Shown here one piece after another: positions 11,901 through 26,900 of a DNA stretch of 64,000 nucleotides (position 1 is its first letter; each line of letters starts with the position of its first letter). Where the stretch lies: NCBI GenBank assembly GCA_951406725.2, contig OX597822.1:90892001-90956000 (forward strand). Direction: 5' to 3'. This stretch comes from Octopus vulgaris (Eukaryota). A program made the position numbers and the translations under genes. The notes under the pieces were generated by a model. The model ran no database searches, was not told the DNA's origin, and saw nothing but the letters and a program-made list of their open reading frames with translations.

Positions 11901-14900
11901 AATTAACTGCCATTACTTTCATTTATTGATCCATAGATATACCATTGGGTGTAATAGATACTAGACTACTAGTTAAAGAATTGAAGAGTTGCTTTGAATT
12001 TTGTCTTTGGCAAAGACAATTATCTCGTTTCTGCCTATAGATACCATTCGCCTACTGCTTTGTTGTAAATGAATATTGTTCATGTTAGAAAAATTCAGAG
12101 TATAATTGATAAATTTTTCACTAGTTTGAAATATTAGGTTCAAATTCCTTTATAGAGTTGAAAAACGTACTGGGACACTATGACAAGTTAGCTTTCTGAA
12201 GCTTGAATTTTTTTGTAAGCTTGGAGAAGAGATCACCTCTTGAATTACTGTATGAGGTCTCAAGACCAATAATCTAATTGTTGGTCTACCAGTGTTCAGA
12301 AGTTCAGATTTGTAGACAGTTTTGCATAATTTTTATCTGTTAAATGAAATTAGATTTCTTAGAATGAAATGTAAAGATCTGGAGATGGTCAAGTTTTTAA
12401 AATTTTAGGAAACCAAATTAAAGGGTCAGTGGTTTGTATGCTGTCACAGACATTGCAATGTGCACGCCTCCTGAGATTTTTGGTATATGATGATATAGTC
12501 TGTCATGATAGAGGGGAGTGACTCACTACTGCTAAAGGTAGCTACACTGTAAAAATGGCAGTTATCCTATGAGCTGATTGTGATAATATGGAGTTTTTCC
12601 GTGAACTTTGGACAAAATAGATACACTAACAATATTTTTTGTTCTCTCATCACTACTTTTGGGTGAACTTGAAAATGAATTTACTATGTAGAATAACAAC
12701 GAATTAGATGAGAAGTCTTAATTCTTTCCACTGCAAATACCTACATCTTCACAACATTCTATAAGCAATGCACAACTTTATAATGGCTGTGACTGCAGAC
12801 ATGTAATCTTTGACATTGCAAAAGCCTGTTGGCATCTGTTAAAAAATATTTGCAGAAAAGGCAATGAAGTTCCAACATTGTTAACATCATTGGCTACTTC
12901 AAGATAAAAAAAGGCCTGAAACTTTATTCACATTATGCACCTCTCAGCAATTCTCCTTAATTACCTCTAAAAGTATGTCACCTAAAACACACAGTAACAT
13001 AAAGCTAAAGGAAATCTTGCATGGACTTAGTAGAAGACCCAACATATTTCACAAGACATATTTCAGTGATATTACTGGAAAATGATGAAGAATAGAAACA
13101 GCTGGTAAGATACATTTTTAACTTATGCTGTCAGAGAAATAATCCACATGATAAGGATATGTTAGAGTTTGATTGTGTTGATAATTATGTTAATCTTATA
13201 TTATAAAAGAGAAGCTGATCTCCATCGGTTTGTCTGTCAGAACATCTATTAAATGGGGGGAAAGAAGGGGAGGAATCAAAATATACGTCTCAACATATTT
13301 CTAGAAAAAGGAAAAGAGAAAAGTTGTTGTTGGGAGAAAAATACAGAGAGAGAGAGTGTGTGTGTGTGTGTGTGTATGTGGATTCCTTCAACTGTTTGAG
13401 GTTTTGTAAAATATGTCCGTTTCTATTTTTAGGTTTATTCTTTTAATTAGTATATCCAAGAATGGGAGCCCCTTTTGGCTGTACTCCATTGTGAACTGTA
13501 TGTTTGGGTTGACACTGTTCAATAGTCTTTTGAATTTCAGGAGTTTGTGTTTTCATTCCAGAGTATGAAGCAGCCATCTAGGAATCTTTTCCATTTTTCT
13601 TTTATGTATTGGGAAAGGGGGTTTCCAAAGGTAGATAAAGATTCCTGGTATATTATTATTTCCAGATAGCCCATTGTTAGGTTCACAATGACTGGAGCTG
13701 CCCTGGTGCCCATGGCAATTCTGAATTTTTGTCGATAAAACATATTGTCAAACTTGAAGTGGTTGTTTCATAGGATGAATTCAACTAATTCAATTATGAA
13801 TTCTTTGCTAATCCTTTCTGGAATTTCTTTCAGAAATTGGTGCAGCCAGAACTGACTTTTGGTAGACCATAGAAAAGGCTAGATTTGCATTTAAAGTTTG
13901 TTAAAAAGTCAATTTCTTTGGTTGTCAGTTCTTTTCCATGGGTTTTAATTAGTGAGGACAGGGTTTTCATTATTTTTTCAGGGTGTAGTTTGTGATTTTT
14001 TCGCAATGTTGACTGTCATTAAGCATGGAGATTGCTATATTTCTATTGTATAATGTGTCCATTACTACCACTGCACTTCCTTTATCTGCTTTCTTAATCG
14101 TTGTATCTTCATTATTTTGAAGTTCTGTTAGTTCCTTCCATTGTGTAGTGCTAAAGTTTGAGTTGACTTTCTGTTTATGCATGGTGTGGTAGGGAAAGTT
14201 TGCAATGTAGTTGCAGAATTCATCAAGATTTTTATTTCTTCCTTTGTGGGGGATATCTCTCTTTTACTCTTTTTACTCTTTTACTTGTTTCAGTCATTTG
14301 ACTGCGGCCATGCTGGAGCACCGCCTTTAGTCGAGCAACTCCACCCCGGGACTTATTCTTTTGTAAGCCCAGTACTTATTCTATCGGTCTCTTTTGCCGA
14401 ACCGCTAAGTGACGGGGACGTAAACACACCAGCATCGGTTGTCAAGAATGCTAGGGGGACAAACACAGACACACAAACATACACACACACATACATATAT
14501 ATATATATACATATATACGACAGGCTTCTTTCAGTTTCCGTCCACCAAATCCACTCACAAGGCATTGGTCGGCCCGGGGCTATAGCAGAAGACACTTGCC
14601 CAAGATGCCACGCAGTGGGATTGTGTTTACTTTTGTTTTTGACTAGTGAGTCATTGGTTAATGCTTCTGTGCGTTTTAATTTTCTACAGAATTCTATTAT
14701 ATTGTCCTTCACTTCATTTTGGTTGACTTTGCATGGAGTTGGGGTGAATTTTAACTCTTTTGAGAGGATGTCTATTTTTGTACTTCAAAGAGGTTTAGTT
14801 GAGGGGTTAATTATCTTCGGGTTTTTCCTGATCCCCAGGTTCCAACCTGTGTCCTGATGTCTCTGGCCTGGGGCTAAAAAATGTTGGCCAAAAGTCACCT

Positions 14901-17900
14901 AGGAATTAATCAAAACCATTTAATTCCAATGTTTATTTATGTTTAACAACTGAATGAATTTAATAAAAGCATCTAAATATGAAACAGCATGAAAATTGTT
15001 CAAGCCAAAGTCCTTCTTGAGCGACACATTTTTCCATTCAAGTCAATACAGAATTCCAGATAGTATTTATGGAATTTTGATTTAATATTGGGTGACTTTA
15101 GCCAACCCTCTATATATACAGTATATAGTTATTTTTTTGGGTTGCTTGTGTGTGTGTTTGTGTGTCTTTCAACATATAGACAATGCAATATAGACTTTAA
15201 AAAAAGACTCACTCTGGCCAATTTCTGAAGGTACATGCATGATTAACAAATATTTTTACTGGCAGCATAGCAACAGAAAAGGAAACTAGTCATTATAAAC
15301 TACATATTTTATTATCCTGAAAGGGAGTTTTGCTGATATTTTCTATTCTTGAGTTAATGATCTAATTTCAGACTTAATTCTTTAAAGAGCAAAGCAATTT
15401 TAGTTGTTTTTGTGTAAATTCAATCCAGATTACAAATCGCTGAGTTACAAACCCAAAATGAAATGCATCGTAGTCAACTTGCAGAACCTTTGTTAGCAGC
15501 TCCAAGCCTAGATGATGACTATAATGCTGATCTTCAGAATTTGCAATTGGACAATACAGATTTGAAAGTAAGTTGAATTTTTGAAAGCATAGCAAGTCTA
15601 TCGTTTTTTGTTTTTTTTTTTAATTTTGCTTCTCATTTAGTGTATAGTGCCATCGTGTTTATTGGATTACTCATCATTGGGGAAATTTATTAATAAAAAA
15701 ATGGGTATAATTAACCAATAAGAAAGCAAATTGGAAGTTACTGGAATTTCATAATCTTAAAAATAGATTTTAAAATCTTAAACTGAAAAACTGTGTATCT
15801 TCAATTTTAGGGCTTCCAGATATTTTTGGCCTTCCTTTATTCCAGTTCTGATTATCCTATTCAAACTGTTATTCAGAAAAGTAGGTTGTTGTCGATTAAC
15901 CCACCTTGTTTGTCTAGAATATATTATCCAGTGTTTCCTTTTTTAAGACAATAGAATGTTGTTTGACAGAAATTTGACTGCTATTTCTAGCAGGTTGTGT
16001 GACATAGTAGTGGCTGAAATCTTAGTATAAGTTGATACATCAATTCAGAACACAAACAATCAATTTCAGAATTATTCAAAATCCAATAACAATTTTTTTA
16101 TTTTAATTTAATTTGTTGATCTTTCTGACAATACTCTGAGTAACTTCTTTAGTCTTTTATAAATTTCTTTGTGTTGGGATGGGTGAAATATACGATATTG
16201 TAGTTATATGCAGTATCCTTCTGTTACTGTTTTGTCTACCAGTGCTCCACCTGGTATTATCATCATCCACTCACTTCCAGTGGTGCTATTGATCAATTAC
16301 TCTAATGTATCCTTAAACTGTTTTCTCAACTGCATAAAAAACATCCTTGAAATAACATGCTTGCTCCCACTGCACAGTGCCTTGGGAAAGTCTCTTGCTA
16401 TTGTTCAGTGTGACTAAAGCCTTGTAGCTAAGGCGGTGAGCTGGCAGAAACGTCAGCACGCCGGGCGAAATGCGTAGCCGTATCTCGTCTGCTGTTACAT
16501 TCTGAGATCAAATTCCGCCGAGGTCAACTTTGCCTTTCATCCTTTCGGGGTCGATAAATTAAGTACCAGTTACGCACTGGGGTTGATGTAATCGACTTAA
16601 TCCGTTTGTCTGTCCTTGATTGTCCCCTCTGTGTTTAGCCCCTTGTGGGTAGTAAAGAAATATAAAACCTTGTAGCTTAAATTTGGTGGATGAAAATTAC
16701 AAGGAAGCATCAGAAGGAGCATTCCTGTTGTTAGATAGTTGACTTAATCATTCACCAGATTTAACATCACTTTCTTACTCATGGATACTATTCTACTGTA
16801 AGCATTCAGGACTGACCTCTAGTCTGAGGATAACTTTCTCCCATAAGGGTCAGGGGTATTGCCCTACCTCTTCTGACTAAGCATTAAGTTTTTTTTTTCT
16901 CCTCTAAAACATCGAAAAAAAAAATGACAGTTTAAAATTACAGTACTAAATTCTGACAACAAAAATTATAAACTTTGTTTACAAAGGTATATATGTTAAT
17001 TTACTCACTTAGTATTTTCATTTGTATATCATAGTTGAAGATTAAGTGGACTCAGTATCTTCAAAACAGTGTTAAAAGGGGCTTGTAGTTGGAACTACAA
17101 TCAATGGAAGCAGTTTAAACAGAATGCGTAGGTTTTTAAAGAGATTGCTGCCATAAGAACTGATGGAATAAATTACATAAATGAAAGATTCAGTTTGAAT
17201 TGGATACTTAGTGTGGTAATGAAGACAGGGAAAGTTGCAACTCTATCAGGAATAGTTGCTGATAGTTGATTACTGACTGCAAAATTCCTTGTCCATATGT
17301 CATTGGTGAAGTTAAGAAAAGTAACTATTTAATACAATCCCTACTAATTGCTATGGCATGTTTCAAATCTTGTCTTCATAATAATACACTTAGCCCTTGC
17401 TTAATAGGCCACATGCAAGTGTACATTGCATGATGTGAAAAAAATGCAGTTAATTTTAATCTGAAAAATTACAAGATTTTGTACAACATCTATTGTTTTT
17501 TCATTATCACAGACTTTTGATGAAACTTCTCTATAATTGCTTAAATGCTTAATGTTATAGCCAGACCATCCACAGCAAACTCTGTGTCATCTTCAAATTG
17601 GTGTCATCTCCAGAAAAGTTTCAAATCTCACAGTGCCATAAAAATTGATTAGTGATAGAATATAGACCATAAGATTCTTTGACTGACTACTGTCATGCTG
17701 TAGATGTAGGCTCTATTTCTGTCAGTTTTAACTATATATCTGCACACATTTGTGCAGGTCTGTGCAAGTTATTATGAAGAAGACTAACAGTTACCTATGC
17801 ATGTCTCCCTTCTCCACACTACCAATATTTTATTCAGTAGAATGGCTACCAACTTGGACCAATATAGCTTGGCACTAGTGCTGTTGCAGTTGTTGTTCTC

Positions 17901-20900
17901 AAAGCACAAAGAGCTGGAACTGGTACTGCAAAGCATTTCACCTGATCTTGAACAGTTCTACCAATCCACTACTCTGGATTTGTACATTTTATCAGCTCTG
18001 AAAGGATGCAAGACAAAGCTGACTTTGATAGGATGTAAGCCTTTCAAGTGTAGAGAGTTGCAATTAATACCACGAGACATTTTTTCTTTACTCTAATGAT
18101 CCTTCCAATTCATCTGTAGATATATGCTTGCAGAACTGAGCAGAGTACTTAACAACAGCAATTTCAATTTTGCTGAGTCTCTCTTGTATGCTCATGTAAA
18201 AATACATTTGATATTTACTGTTGGTTTAATGAAAATATTTGAAGTATCATATAATTATGTTACATTATAATTTTCTCATTCTAATGGATTTCAACTTGTA
18301 AGCTTTGGAAGTGATATAAGTTAATTTTATTTCTAATCCATATTCACCAGGAGAACTTTGTAAAGAAAAAAAACTAAGTTCCTGGTAAATAATGTATAAG
18401 ATTGAGTTTTAGTTTCTTACTGTTGTTATTTTACTTCAATAATGATCTTGAGAAAAGCATTGATAATAGTTGTTGATTAGTCTTCTCAAAGCCAGTAACC
18501 CATTAACTGATATTTCTAATTACATAAAGTCTTGTGAGTGACTCTTGTAAAATATGTTTAATACATTAATTAATGATTAATCAGTAACTATCAAGACTGA
18601 TAAAAGCTTACTGGGTACACTGATTGACATGTTTACTGTGAAAAACATACATAATTAAGGTTAACAATATTATTTCAGTATCTTTCTACTTTCAGCTTCA
18701 AGTAAAACATTTAAATGATGACCTTGCAGAATGTCATACTCAAATTGAAGTCTTATTACAAAAGGTGAATGAAAATAAATCTTGTGTAAACTATAATGAG
18801 GCACTTGTCATAGTGTAGGAGGCAAGATCTTAGCAAACTTTGTCCATGACATAATAGAAATTTTTAATTGTTGTTCTTCACTCGCTACTCTATATATCAA
18901 CACCAGCATAGGACATTGACAAAACTTTCTACATTCAGCTTTGTACCTGTTTAAACTTGGTGCCTAGCTTTATGCATAACTTCCCTCTGTGATGCTCAAC
19001 AATTAGACATTGATCTTCAATACTTTATCCCATGTCTTTCTGAGTCTCTCTCTTCCATAAGTTCCATCCACATCTAGCACACTGTATGTCAATGGCACGT
19101 CATCTTCAACTTGCTGTTTTTTGCTGCCACAGCATAAAAGTGAACCATTTTTGCATCATATTGTTATGTGTGATGAAAAATGGATTCTTTTCAACAATAG
19201 CAAGCATTCTGCATGGTAGTTGGACAGAGAAGAAGTGCCAAAACACAATCCAAAAAAAGAATATTCACCAAAAAAGGCTAATGGTGTCTGTTTGGTAGTC
19301 CAAACTAATTGGATGAAATGATGAGTGAACTTGCAATTAAACAACAGAGATTGGTCAATAGAGACAGGCCAATTCTCTTGCAAAACAATGCTCGACCACA
19401 TGTTGCACAAAGAATGCTACTCAAGTTACAGGAACTAAACTTGGAAGTACTATGTCATCCACCATATTCACTAGACCTTGCACCAACTGACTACCATGTT
19501 TTTCAAGCATTAGACAACTTTTTGCAAGGAAAAAACTTCAAATCTGAAGAAGATGCAAAAACAGCCGTTTGTAATTCTTTGCTGCTGGCATAAATAAACT
19601 ACCAATAAAATGGCAAAACTGTGTTGATAAATTAGGTGCATACTTTGATTAACTGCATTGCTTTTCATTGCGATAAAGTAAAATAAACTTTCAGTTCAAA
19701 ATCAGACATTTCATTCTTAATGACCTGATATTCGATCTAATTAAAGGGTAAATAATTTGGTTATGTTTGTTTTTGCTCCTTTTCATCAATTGAAAGTAAT
19801 TATAGTACAAATTGTCTTTTAACTATTGTATTGTAGATTGATAAACTGGAAAATACCAGCATAGTTGAACCAGAGAGTAGTTCAGTCCTAAATACAACAT
19901 CATATCACTACAGAGACAATTATAACTGCAACCTGAATGAGCCACTATTGCGGGAACCTACTGAGTTTGAGGTAAGCAAATTGTTATTTTGCAAAAATTT
20001 GCAAGCAGCACACTATTTCGACCTGCAAAGCCTGTTACCTTTTTCTGATCTTCAGGGAAATTAATTTCAGTAGGATTTGAGTTGAGGAAAAAATAAAGAA
20101 CTGATTTTTTTTTTTTTACTTTCTCAGCTATCCCAATCATCTTTGTATGAATCATCATCATTGGTTAACATCTATCTTACATGCTCGGCTGGGCTGAGTT
20201 GGGACAGTCAACAGGATCCAGTGAATCAGAGGACTGTATAAAAATTTAGTTGTTCATTTACTTTATCTGAATACCAACTGCAGCTTACAGCATATTCTTT
20301 TAGGTTTTCTGCATCTAACTGATCTGTTATGAGACTTAGGATCCAGGAGCATATATTCTAGGTGTGCGCTGTACACCCATCAAAAGTGGCAAATTCTTTA
20401 TATTTACTCGTTAATTTAATCACAAATCATAATGGAAAACTTTTGTTATACCCCTGCCTGAAATTTGGTGGCAGGCATCCTGAAATAACACTGCACACCT
20501 CACAGCGCATTGTATCATGATATGGTACCAGGTGTATCATAGGATAATGGGAGAATGGCAAAAAATTAATGGCAAAGAGTGTGCGACAAGCATGGTTGCA
20601 TGTTCATTTTTGTGGCAAGAAGTTGTACATTTAAATTAACCTACAATTTCTAAGGTAAAATTAATATTTTATACAATAATTTTTTCTTGCAATATCATCA
20701 TATAACTGATCTTAATTTGTGGTTCATTGTACTATGAGGTTATCAAACATTTTATGTTTCAAAGAAGGATAGAACTTACATATATAACTAATTTAAGTAA
20801 GTAAAATTATACGAGGGGCGTTCAATAAGTAATGCCCCTGACCCACTTCCCATAGCAGTAGAGCAACGAAACTTGGCACAGGTATTAGTCTTTTTCAGCA

Positions 20901-23900
20901 TAGGAACAATCCAGAGTTACGCATTTCTCCCATCGTTTGATACAGCTCTGGAGACCGTTTTCATAGAAGACCCCAGCTTGGTCCTCCAACCACGACGTGA
21001 CTTCAGAAATCAAGGCTGCATCATCTGGGAAACGCTTTCCTTTCAAAAACAACTTCATGGCTGGGAAGAGGTGAAAATCAGAGGGTGCAAGGTCAGGAGA
21101 GGAGGGGATGGAGGAAGTGTTCATAGCCGTATGCCTGTGCTTCTGATCTGGCGACACGCGAGTTGTGGACCGGAGCGTTGTCCTGCAGGAGGAGGATGCC
21201 TTTGCTGATCTTGCCCCGCCTCTTGGTTTTGATAGCTTCTCTTAATTTCCTCAGAAGTGAAGCATGATAGGCTCCTGTAATTGTGGTACCCTTTGCCAGG
21301 AAATCTGTCATCACTTCTCCGTCCTGGTCCCAGAAGACTGTGAGCATGACCTTGCCAGTGGAGAGCTGCACCCTTGCCTTCTTTGGAGGAGGTGAGTCAT
21401 GGTGCTTCCACTGCATTGACTGGGCTTTGGTCTCTGGATCATGGTGAAGGACCCAGGTCTCATCCTGTGTAATCAGTCTTTTGAAAAATTTTGACTCATC
21501 TTCTTGGCACATCCCTAAATTCATCCTCGAGCACTCGACGCGTTCTTGCTTCAGGAAAAGTGTGAGTAACCTGGGAATCCCTCTGGCAGACACCTTTTGC
21601 ATATGCAAATAGTCATGAATGATAGTTTCCACAGACCCGGTACTAATCTTGACCTCATGGGCTATTTGGCGAATAGTTATGCGTCCATCTTCCAAAATGG
21701 CAGCCTCAACTTGACGGACAGATGCCTCATCAATGGCAGAAGGGGTGCGACCAGATCTGGGAGCTGTTTCCACAGAGTTCCGACCATGTTTGAATTCACG
21801 ATGCCAGCGTTTTACAAGGTCATATGATGGGGCATCATCACCATAAGTTATTTTCATTTCATCAAAAGTCTCCTGTGGTGTGCGTCATTTCAAATACAAA
21901 AACCGGATCACTTCTCGACACTCAACAGGCTCCATTTCCCACTTGACTCATTTCAAACACATGTAAATCAGAAACCACTATTAGTTCGGAGCTGTAATTT
22001 GCCACTTAATCTGTAGAGATATAAATAATTACACATGCAACATCTCAGCTAGATCAATCAACGGCAAGTGGGTCAGAGGCATTACTTATTGAACGCCCCT
22101 CGTATGGTTTCTTATTTTTCAGTGTGCGCACATAAGAAAATTATGGCTTATTTTAGACTGCTTACAATTTATAGGGTATTATTAATTCAGTTTACTTTAG
22201 TGCCATTTATCTCTATCCCATTTGAATTAAATGTACATTATTTACATTTTGGATCCTGCTTTTTTGAATAGAAATATACAGTTTGTATGCCTAATTTGAG
22301 TAATACTAATGTTAGTCATAGTATGGTCAGTGTGACAGCACACTCAATGACTACAGTCACCATACGCCACTGTTAGGATCTATATAAGGAACCATTTTAA
22401 GAGCACAAAAACTGAACAGACTATTGGGTTATCAATCACATTCTGTTGCTGGATTGTGCTAGCCTGAGCAGAACATTTAACTTTACTTTAACTTTGTCTA
22501 TATCTGTTGCCAAATCTTAAACTGCATGAAACCACAGTTCAAGCAGTGTTGTTATTTGAGGGTCAAAAACCTAAACTAAGTTGAGTCATTTTAGAAATGT
22601 GTGTTTATTTTTAGTGTTTTATCAAGTAAATTTGTCTAGATTTTTTTCTTCTTTTGATTTTTTAGCATAATAGCAGTTAATAACTCAAGCAGTGATTTAG
22701 AATTTGTTGATATTATTTATTAATGATTTATTTTTTATTATCTATTTATGATTTAATTAGGAAATTGATACCCAAGAATTGATATTATGTAAATTAGTGA
22801 AATGCATAAATGTAATCAACTGTATCCAACTTACATTGGCAGGTGAAAGGACATAGCAAGTAAAAATTAACAAAAACAAGTAAAAAGTCACATTCAGAAT
22901 GTACACCAAAGATTGTTAATAGTGTATCAGTAAATTTCATCAAAATTTATGTAATAGTTATATTTTTATGATTTTTATACTGGCCTAACTGCATTTTGTC
23001 AAAATCTCTAGTTTTTAATAGGTTTGAGAGATCATGTAAAGGAAGTACTCTAGGAATTTAAGGGATAAAGTGTTCTACTCAATTAGGAAATCATTAATTA
23101 ATATACATTACTCATAAGAACATTTAAACTATGCCTCTTGATCCACATTTAAAATCCTTTTGAAGTCAAGTTTAGGAGGAATCTTATAATAATTCTGCTT
23201 GTTGTTGTGTTACTTAGCCTGTTGGTAATGCTTTCATTAGACAAAAAAGAAAGAGAGAGAAATGTATATGAATAAGGTAGAGGGAATGTAATTGTATCAC
23301 TTTCACATGATTAATTGAAAGGTAAGAGAGGAGAAAGAAAAAGGAGAGAGAAAAAGAGGATAAGGTGACGAGTGAGACAGAAAGCGGGAGAAAGTAAAAA
23401 ATAGAGAGAGAAAAAGAGAGAGAGAAGTGTCCATGACATGAGGTAGGAGTTGGTACATAATAATTTTAGCAGAGGGGTGATGTTCTGATGGTGAAGTTTA
23501 AGGCAGAAAGAGAAAGGAGAGGGAGAGGAGGGAGATGGCGATGATGGTAGTAGAAGTGACAGTGGTGTGTAGATAGGGAAAAGTGTATTCTTTTTAATTG
23601 AACTAAGAAAGGCACAGAGAGAGGGTGATGGTGGCAGTGGTGGTATTGTGCGAATATTTAAATGTGTATTTTCTTTTTTTAATTGAACTAAGTTTTTTAT
23701 ATCACCTATCTCTTAACGTATGTGCGTAAGTGCAATTCTGTGAAATATTCACGCTTATTTGCACGACAGATATATGTAATTTAATTAAAAGATGTATCAT
23801 GTGTATGGGATATTTTTTTTATTTATTGGGAAAATAGAAAAATAAGAGTGAATATTTATTTTATGAGTGCTGGGCATTAAGTCTCTAAAATTGTGCATAG

Positions 23901-26900
23901 AGTATATAAAGTATATATATATATATAAAGTGCATTAAGTGATCATCGTATTCCAAATTCTTTCACTTTTTAATGAGTAGCAGATGAGCAACTATCTTTC
24001 CATGCAGACACACCACAGGCTATGCTTTGAGGTTTTTTGGATAAAGTATTCAGAAATAACCCAATAGGTTTACCATTAATTCCGTGAAATATTTACAAGT
24101 CCCACTAATAAGTATAACAAAAGAAATCTGAAAGATTGATTTTTTTCATTGACTAACACTTATTTAGTAAGAGTTTTTTTTTCTCATTCATACTAAAAAT
24201 GTGAAAAGCAAATTGAAATTTGAATTTCTACACTTTTCTTTGGATTAAACCTAGTCAGTATCTTCAATTTCCATTTTGGATAAATACTTCCTGTCCATAA
24301 CTTCAAATTTTAATCTCCTATGCAATATAAAAAAGCTGAAAACTAAGAATTTTAAAAATATCTGAAATGAGATTAAGATGAATTTGTCAAAATATATTTA
24401 TTTCTTAAACAGTTAATAGTTTATTAATCTCTAAATAAAAGATAAAGTAACATTATATAATGTATGAGTTACATATAATATTTTCTCGAACTAATGTAAA
24501 GAATTCTAAAATATCTGAAAAGCTCATTGCAGTCATCAGTTGGAAAAAGAGCTGTCAAGCCTTTAACAGAATTGACAGCTCTTTCATCAAATGATAGCTG
24601 CAATGAGCTTTTCAGATATTTTAGAATTCTTTACCAGTGTTGTTGAAAAGCTATGTATATTTTCACATATTTATTTAAAACATGTCCTAGATCTGGCAGA
24701 AAGAATCTATTTATGGAGCACTAATATAACTTGAATTTTGTTTGTTACCACCATTAGTCTCTTCAAATTCTGGTGATTATATTTGATCTTCTGCTTAGCT
24801 AGCTCCTTCCAATTCAATCAATTTTTTTATTTTTTAAACTGAAACATGCATAAAACATAATGATCTGTGAGTGTGTTTCTTGCTTCCATTTACATATGTT
24901 CTTAAAAATAATATATTTACATAATTTTATGAAATGATAAAATTTAACTTTGTTTTTGTTTTTTATTTCAGTATTTAAAAAATATCCTGTACCAATATAT
25001 GATAGGGAAAGAGACCAAGGTGAATAATTAATTTTATATTTGGTTGTGTGTGTTTGTGTGTGTGCAATGGGATTGACCACATGAAGCTTGGATATTATTA
25101 AGAATGTTTTTTTTACTTCTATAACACTGATTGTATAATAGGCCAAAATTTTCAGGCTATGAGTACTTTATAGACCTTTAAACCTTGTTTTCTTACCTTC
25201 CCACTTGAGATATTGTTCTATCTAAGCAATCAATCACTATAAGTAAAATGTTTACTATGCACCACTTCCTACTACGAGGGGCGTTCAATAAGTAATGGCC
25301 CTGACCCACTTGCAGTTGATTGATCTAGCTGAAATTTTGCATGTGCAATTACTGATATCTCTATAGATTAAGTGGCAAATTACAGCTCTGAACTAATTGT
25401 GGTTTCTAATTTACAGGTGTTTGAAATGAGTCAAGTGTGAAACGGAGCCTGTTGAGTGTCGAGCAGTGATGTGGTTTTTGTATTTGAAAGGACGCACACC
25501 ACGGGAGACTTTTGATGAAATAAAAGTAACTTATGGTGATGATGCCCCATCATATGACCTTGTAAAACGCTGGCATCGTGAATTCAAACATGGTCGGAAC
25601 TTTGTGGAAACAGCTCCCAGATCTGGTCACCCTCTTCTGCCATTGATGAGGCATCTGTCCGTCAAGTTGAGGCTGCCATTTTGGAAGATCGACGCATAAC
25701 TATTCGCCAAATAGCCCATGAGGTCAAGATTAGTACCGGGTCTGTGGAAACTATCATTCATGACCATTTGCATTTGCAAAAGGTGTCTACCAGATGGATT
25801 CCCAGGTTGCTCACACCTTTCCAGAAGCAAGAACGCGTCGATTGCGCGAGGATGAATTTGAAGATGTGCCAAGAAGATGAATCAAAATTTTTCAAAAGAC
25901 TGATTACACAGGATGAAACCTGGGTCCTTCACTATGATCCAGAGACCAAAGCCCAGTCAATGCAGTGGAAGCACCGTGACTCACCTCCTCCAAAGAAGGC
26001 AAGGGTGCAGTCCTCCGCTGGCAAGGTCATGCTCACAGTCTTCTGGGACCAGGACGGAGTAGTGATGACAGATTTCCTGGCAAAGGGTGCCACAATTACA
26101 GGAGTCTATTATGCTTCACTTTTGAGGAAATTAAGAGAAGCTATCAAAATCAAGAGGCGGGGCAAGATCAGCAAAGGCATCCTCCTCCTACAAAACAACG
26201 CTCCGATCCACAACTTGCGTGTCGCCAGATCAGAAGCACAGGCGTGCGGCTATGAACTCATCCCCACCTCCCCTCCTCTCCTGACCTGCACCCTCTGATT
26301 TTCACCTCTTCCCAGCCATGAAGTTGTTTTTGAAAGGAAAGCGTTTCCCAGATGATGCAGCCTTGATTTCTGAAGTCACGTCGTGGCTGGAGGACCAAGC
26401 TGGGGTCTTCTACAAAAACGGTCTTCAGAGCTGCATCAAACGATGAGAGAAATGCGTAACTCTGGGTGGTTCCTATGTAGAAAAAGACTAATAACTGTGC
26501 CAAGTTTCGTTGCTCTACTGCTATGGGAAGTGGGTCAGGGGCATTACTTATTGAACGCCCCTCGTATATAGCCAAAAGCTAATTCGCAGTTTCTTTCTTT
26601 GCATGTTTATGAATGTTTTCTTTACTATAATCAATACTCCTAATGAATTTTACTTAATTATTTTCTAAAATAAAACCTAGTCTTCTGATTGTGAGTGTTT
26701 GATGCATATGATATTCAAAATTCCTACAGGCTGTTGTTTTGATTTTTTTTCAGTGTAATTTCTCTATTGAATCTTGTTTTATACCACATTTAATTTCTAC
26801 CAGCTTTTCTTGTTTTGCCCCTTCTACTTCTTGGATCATCTGAACATTGAATATCCTGGAAACTTCTAATATCACTGTCATACTTTTGTGTCTAGCTTTC

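Noticed and set aside
14177-14857. 226-aa ORF
   Set aside because: Chimeric read-through of antisense PLE and SINE sequence; the same peptide blocks recur wherever the SINE occurs.
21093-21857. Active or domesticated mariner transposase
   Set aside because: Both copies carry stops or frameshifts, and one lacks a catalytic Asp.
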